64,000 nt of DNA. Origin: Pseudomonadota bacterium (GTDB taxonomy: Bacteria; Pseudomonadota; Gammaproteobacteria; JAKAQQ01). Shown here one piece after another: positions 59,758 to 64,000 of this stretch (positions are counted from its first letter, which is position 1; each line of letters starts with the position of its first letter). The notes under the pieces were generated by a model. That model saw nothing but the letters and a program-made list of their open reading frames with translations. It did no database searches and was not told the origin of the DNA. The stretch covers positions 41,032 through 105,031 of the forward strand of contig JAKCBQ010000001.1 of assembly GCA_021839245.1 (NCBI GenBank), in the 5' to 3' direction. A program made the translations under genes and the position numbers.

Positions 59758-60834
59758 TCAAGGCGAACGCAGATGACGCTCGAGAAATGCGCAGACGCGA
59801 CGGTTGTCTTCATCCGAGGGGGGCAGGAGAGCGTCGCCACGCGCCGCCTCTGGACGCGTGACGGGAAGGTGGAAACCCTCCTTTGTCGGAGGGCACCAAC
59901 GTGTCGCGTTGGCACTTCTTTTTTCGGGGAAAAACCCCACTGTCGGGACACCCAGACATCCGGCAAGATGCAAGGGGCCGGTCGAGCCCGAAAGGAAGGC
60001 ATCGACGACGCTAAGATCCAGCGCAAAGCGTGCGAGACCCGTGCTCGAGACGTGCAAGCGGTTGGGCAATCCTTCCGCGTCAAGCCGTCGGGAGAGATTC
60101 TCGGCGTACGCACACTCCTCAGGGGCAGGCCCGGAGGTCACGAGAAAAGTCACACGCTGAAACAACCGTCCGATGGAACCGCAGAGCTTCACGTATCCCT
60201 CAAGGTCGAGGTTGCGGGCGGACCCGCCGTGGCCCGGGTGGACGGCGATCAGAGGAGTCCGCTCCCCGAGTCCGTATTGCTCACGAAGCTCACGAGCGTG
60301 CGCGCGACGGCGGTCGACGGGGAAGCCGAGGTAGGGGGGATCCTCCAAGGGATCTGGGGGCTCGATCCGCCAGAGCTCGAGCGCGAAAATCGCCAGATCG
60401 AGGTTGTAGCGGTATTCGGGTTTCAACGAGCGCGAGCGGTGCTGGTGCAGGCGATGAGTGTGGTGGACCTGGGCCAGTTTGACGGCGGGGGCAATCCGGA
60501 TCGGGATTCCAGCGCGGCGGAATGCACGAGCCGTATGGTAGTGCGAAAAAAAACTGATGACGGCGTCGTAACTCTGATCACGCAATCGTTCGGCCAGGGC
60601 GGTGCCGTCTGTTCCGTTACGCACGGCATGCGAAACGACGAGGACATCATCGAGACTGGTGCAGAGTCGACCCAACGGAGCGGTGTACTCAGGAACCAGA
60701 GCCGTGATTCTCGTCTCCGGCAAAGCCCGTCGGAGAAGGGCAAACGCCGGCCACGCCAGCATGAAATCACCGAGCCGGTCATCGCGAACGACGAGCAGAG
60801 ATCGCGGCGAAGGGGTTTGGCGGGCGGCACTCAT
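59758..60834 (-). CDS. family 9 glycosyltransferase (ADP-heptose:LPS heptosyltransferase-like)
   Basis: GT9 pattern (LLVVRDDRLGDFMLAWPAF...; GSTGPLHLAGCLGVPTVGFF). Confidence 0.75.
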   Translation of the reverse strand: MSAARQTPSPRSLLVVRDDRLGDFMLAWPAFALLRRALPETRITALVPEYTAPLGRLCTSLDDVLVVSHAVRNGTDGTALAERLRDQSYDAVISFFSHYHTARAFRRAGIPIRIAPAVKLAQVHHTHRLHQHRSRSLKPEYRYNLDLAIFALELWRIEPPDPLEDPPYLGFPVDRRRAHARELREQYGLGERTPLIAVHPGHGGSARNLDLEGYVKLCGSIGRLFQRVTFLVTSGPAPEECAYAENLSRRLDAEGLPNRLHVSSTGLARFALDLSVVDAFLSGSTGPLHLAGCLGVPTVGFFPEKRSANATRWCPPTKEGFHLPVTRPEAARGDALLPPSDEDNRRVCAFLERHLRSP

Positions 60835-61039
60835 GGAACGGCTCAGGATACACGAAGAGTCTTCCGCATCGATCGCGGAAGGAACTTCTCGACACGGGCG
60901 GCGTTCGCATGAGTTCTCTCACACGCGGACGGCCCACCCGCTTTGCGGAAGAAGACCGTCTTGCACCAACAGCCCGAGAATGACAAAAGCCCCCCCTGGA
61001 GAGGCGCCTCCTGCGACAATCAAGACCCGACTTCCATTC

Positions 61040-61132
61040 TGGCGGAGGCGGTGGGATTCGAACCCACGGTACCCGTATAGGTACGGCTGATTTCAAGTCA
61101 GCTGCGTTCAACCGCTCCGCCACGCCTCCGCC
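61040..61132 (-). tRNA. tRNA-Ser (anticodon UGA), class II with long variable arm
   Basis: The reverse complement folds as a tRNA: acceptor stem GGCGGAG/CUCCGCC, D-arm GUGGCGGAGCGGUUGAA, anticodon loop CUUGAAA, 18-nt variable arm, T-arm GUGGGUUCGAAUCCCAC. CCA is not encoded. Confidence 0.85.
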
Positions 61133-61177
61133 GGATATTGTAACGATGTGACCAAGAAAGTCGTCCACATGGCGCTC

Positions 61178-62395
61178 TCACGGGGCACGCCGACGACACC
61201 GCCCGTGTCGTTGAAGGGCATAGAGAGCCACGACGCTCGTGGCCAGGGAGAAGATGATCACCGCCTGGGGTTGGGTCGCCTCGAGCCATCCCATCATCAC
61301 CCCCCCCAGCATCCACGCGCCTCCGTAGACAGCATCGAAGATCCCGAAGAGCCGCCCCCGCGCCGCCGGCGTGGAGGCGTGCCGTGCCACGGCGGCGTGG
61401 AGCATTCCCTCCATCGCGCCTAGACTGAGACCCCATCCCGTCAATCCCCACACCAAATCAGCGAACGACGGGTGCGCGGTGCTTAGGGCGAACATCGTGA
61501 GAGGAACAAGCACAATCGGGAACTTGAGCGCCGGTGTCCCGTAGCGGTCATAGGCTCTTCCGAAAACGAGCGCCGAAAGGGCGCTGACCGCCATGGACCA
61601 GGCAAAACCCAGCGCAATGAGACGGGGCGACCAGTCTCCACGCGCCATCAGGGTGTAGCCGAAGAGAATCATGGGCGAAAGCCCCATGATCAGGACCCCT
61701 CCGCATACGCACAGCCAGAAAAAGCCCTGCGACGGCGGATCATCGCTACGTGGGACTTCCCCCGCGGATGGCGTCTCGGTCGGGGCTCTGAGGCTGCTCG
61801 TTCGCCTGTAGAGGCGCATGGCCAGGAGCAGGATGAGGACGGCTCCGGCGGCCGGTATAAAAAGCCAGAGAAATGCCCGGCTGTATCCTTCGGCAATTGT
61901 TGCGGCGATCAGAAGTGGTCCGGCGACAGCCCCGATCTGGTCCATGGCCTCGTGCAACCCGAAAATCCGACCCGAGCCGAGAAGGTCCCCGGCGCCGGCC
62001 AACAAGGTCTTTTTGGGGGGATTGCGCAAACCCCGCCCGAGCCGTTCGAGGAAGAGAAGTGCGATGGCCCAGCCAAGCGCATGAACGAACGCGAGAAGCG
62101 GCAACGCCACGAGGTTGATCAGATAACCGAGATAGAGAAGAACGGTCCTCGACAGCTCGCTCTTGGCCAGCAATCCGGCAGGGTAGCGGACGGCGTAGCC
62201 CAAGAACTCGCTCGCCCCCGCCACGAGGCCGACCGCCACAGGACTTGCCCCCAGGACCAGAAGGAACGGACCAAGGAGGCTTCGCCCACCTTCGTAGGTC
62301 GCGTCGGCAAAGAAGCTGACGACTCCGAGAAGGAGAACAAAACGAAAAAGAAGTGCTCTCTGTTTCCGCAGCCGATCGCCGACATCAAGATTCAT
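61178..62395 (-). CDS. MFS transporter
   Basis: 12-TM topology with the MFS pattern. Start set at MNLDVGDRLRKQ...; the track ORF starts 19 codons earlier. Confidence 0.6.
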   Translation of the reverse strand: MNLDVGDRLRKQRALLFRFVLLLGVVSFFADATYEGGRSLLGPFLLVLGASPVAVGLVAGASEFLGYAVRYPAGLLAKSELSRTVLLYLGYLINLVALPLLAFVHALGWAIALLFLERLGRGLRNPPKKTLLAGAGDLLGSGRIFGLHEAMDQIGAVAGPLLIAATIAEGYSRAFLWLFIPAAGAVLILLLAMRLYRRTSSLRAPTETPSAGEVPRSDDPPSQGFFWLCVCGGVLIMGLSPMILFGYTLMARGDWSPRLIALGFAWSMAVSALSALVFGRAYDRYGTPALKFPIVLVPLTMFALSTAHPSFADLVWGLTGWGLSLGAMEGMLHAAVARHASTPAARGRLFGIFDAVYGGAWMLGGVMMGWLEATQPQAVIIFSLATSVVALYALQRHGRCRRRAP

Positions 62396-62564
62396 GTTTG
62401 GAGCCTCTCTCTCCGGAAAGCGCCGCCAGTATAGCGAGAGACCCCAAGCCAAAAACGGGCTGGGCGCACAGCCCTCTTCAGGCCTCGTCGGATGTCGCGT
62501 CGGGAATCACGCCTATAATGATCGTCCGGTGACGCGCTTGCGCATCGGGATATGATCTTTCGCA

Positions 62565-63665
62565 TTGCCGTCCCCGCGCCTCATGTCCGGTTCCTCTGTC
62601 ATTTTCTCCGCCCCTGGAAAAGTGGTCCTCATCGGCGAATACGCCGTTCTGGAAAATGGAGCCGCCTACGTACGTGCGGTCGACGTCCGCGCACGCGCGT
62701 GTATCGAACCGCACGCCTCCAAATATCTTCTGGAGGCGCCGGACATCAACGTCGCGGAAATCGAGTTTGGAACTACGGCAGACCGCAAGCCGATCTGGCG
62801 ACGCCCGGACGGCAGCCTGCAAGCACCGCGCGAACTTGACCTGGCGGGCACCGTTCTGGCCAACGCCCTCGCCAGGAGTCCCCTCTCCCCTTGCCGCATC
62901 CGTCTTGATACCTCGGCGTTTTTTGCCGAACTCGCTCGAGGAGGACGCGCCAAAATCGGTCTCGGATCGAGCGCAGCCCTGACCGTCGCCCTCGATGCCG
63001 CCCTCCGCGTCTGGACGTTGGGGCCCGAGCACGGCGGGGAGCACGAGGATCAGACCACCGCCCTCGCTCGCCTTCAAGCACTCCACACGGGGCATCAGGG
63101 CGGCCGGGGCAGCGGCCTCGACATCGCGGCGAGCCTGTGTGGAGGGACCTTCGTCTATCGACGGAGCGAATCTCACCCCAAACTCACCCCTCTCCCACTC
63201 CCGGACGGGCTTGAGCTTTTCTGCGTCTGGACCGGTCGTTCTTCCTCAACGGGCGGGTTTCTCGAACGCCTGGCCACCTGGCGCCGCCGCAACGAGCGGG
63301 CGTACGAACGCTTCATGCAGGATCTTGCACATCTCTCGGATCAAGGAATCGACGCGGCCGCCCGTGGCGACGGTGATCGGTTTTGCGCGACTCTGCGTGA
63401 CTACAGGCGGCTCTTGGACGGGCTCGGATCGGCCGCATCGCTTCCGATCGTCTCACCGGTTCATCGACGCCTCGAACACCTTGCCACGAAAAATGGCGTG
63501 ACGTACAAGCCGTCCGGCGCCGGCGGGGGCGACATCGGTGTGGCGTTCGCAGCGGATCCCCGCGGTGCGCGGCGATTCCGAGATGCGGCAGGTGACGAGG
63601 GGTTCCTCGTCCTCTCCTGTCCCGAGGCTCCCACCGGTCTCCGGCGGGAGAAGGAAGCGATTTAA
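62565..63665 (+). CDS. GHMP-family kinase (phosphomevalonate-kinase-like)
   Basis: N-terminal SAPGKVVLIGEYAVL, KIGLGSSAA and YKPSGAGGGD, the three GHMP kinase motifs. The N-terminal motif is closest to the PMK type. Substrate unknown. Confidence 0.6.
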   Translation: MPSPRLMSGSSVIFSAPGKVVLIGEYAVLENGAAYVRAVDVRARACIEPHASKYLLEAPDINVAEIEFGTTADRKPIWRRPDGSLQAPRELDLAGTVLANALARSPLSPCRIRLDTSAFFAELARGGRAKIGLGSSAALTVALDAALRVWTLGPEHGGEHEDQTTALARLQALHTGHQGGRGSGLDIAASLCGGTFVYRRSESHPKLTPLPLPDGLELFCVWTGRSSSTGGFLERLATWRRRNERAYERFMQDLAHLSDQGIDAAARGDGDRFCATLRDYRRLLDGLGSAASLPIVSPVHRRLEHLATKNGVTYKPSGAGGGDIGVAFAADPRGARRFRDAAGDEGFLVLSCPEAPTGLRREKEAI

Positions 63666-64000
63666 GCGCTTCGCCCGGCTTGCCGCCGCAGCTCGTCGAG
63701 GCTTACGGCGACCGTCGACCCTGTGAGGGATTCATTCGTGTTCGGCCTCTCATAGAGGATGGGAAGCTCGGGGGCGAAAGATCCTTCGGTGCGCGGCCCG
63801 CGCAAATGTACCAGAAGGGCCTTGAGGGGGTGAGCAAACGTGTCGTTGACCGCCGTTCCCTCGTAGCCACAATGCGCCATGCAGTTGTCGCATTTGGGGT
63901 GCTTGCCGTACCCGTAGGATTCCCAATCGGTTTCTTCCATGAGAGCACGGAACGTCTTCGCTGTCCCCTCCCCGACCAAGAGATAACAGGGCTTCTGCCA
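63662..64000 (-). CDS. hpnH: C-terminal fragment of an HpnH-like radical SAM protein (DUF3463 tail); 5' part beyond window end
   Basis: KTFRALMEETDWESYGYGKHPKCDNCMAHCGYEGTAV... matches the conserved C-terminal domain of adenosylhopane-forming HpnH. The reading frame runs off the window at 64000. Confidence 0.55.
   Translation of the reverse strand, partial: WQKPCYLLVGEGTAKTFRALMEETDWESYGYGKHPKCDNCMAHCGYEGTAVNDTFAHPLKALLVHLRGPRTEGSFAPELPILYERPNTNESLTGSTVAVSLDELRRQAGRSA

Noticed and set aside
59773-60912. 379-aa plus-strand ORF antisense to the GT9 glycosyltransferase
   Set aside because: The GT9 frame has family motifs. The plus-strand ORF is Arg- and Gly-rich composition noise.

Overview
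This is a GC-rich chromosomal segment from a Gram-negative bacterium. The evidence for that is a type II secretion system (T2SS), LPS-core heptosyl- and glycosyltransferases, and hopanoid-associated hpn genes. Most of the window is densely packed housekeeping operons. I can support about 50 CDS plus one tRNA-Ser.

On the minus strand, in order:
- The 3' end of zwf, then gnd, a bifunctional tal-pgi, and a GH15 glucoamylase.
- A gspC-D-E-F T2SS block.
- Prc (tail-specific protease).
- A histidine phosphatase.
- A six-gene complex-I/group-4-hydrogenase-like membrane complex. Its catalytic subunit appears to lack the NiFe-ligating cysteines (Ehr-like).
- A cis-prenyltransferase with an N-terminal membrane extension, and a tricorn-type S41 protease.
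- MlaC/HpnM, DUF962, GT9, tRNA-Ser, MFS, and the 3' end of an hpnH-like radical SAM gene.

On the plus strand, in order:
- clpS-clpA, ppsR, lipA and a TPR protein.
- DUF4136, a lipoprotein and an RDD protein.
- hpnN-hpnL followed by a sulfotransferase.
- A complete Rrf2(IscR-like)-sufBCDSUT operon.
- GT2 and a GHMP kinase.

The one region that looks accessory is about 23.2-28.8 kb. It is AT-rich between genes and carries five paralogous genes for Tyr/Gly/Trp/Pro-rich secreted or lipoproteins of unknown function, in two mosaic subfamilies:
- a recent tandem duplication;
- a 24-nt (PPPPPGGG)n coding repeat;
- shared upstream and 3' motifs;
- two copies of a ~75-bp repeat;
- a decayed catalase-peroxidase (katG) N-terminal remnant with several in-frame stops, truncated at one repeat copy.

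I found no CRISPR, IS elements, integrases or rRNA. Several starts are uncertain. The supplied ORF track displays GTG/TTG starts as M, and I re-anchored starts where homology made that clear. Other starts stay uncertain, notably the NuoCD-like, NuoL/HyfB-like, Fd-NuoB-like, 27125 and MFS genes.
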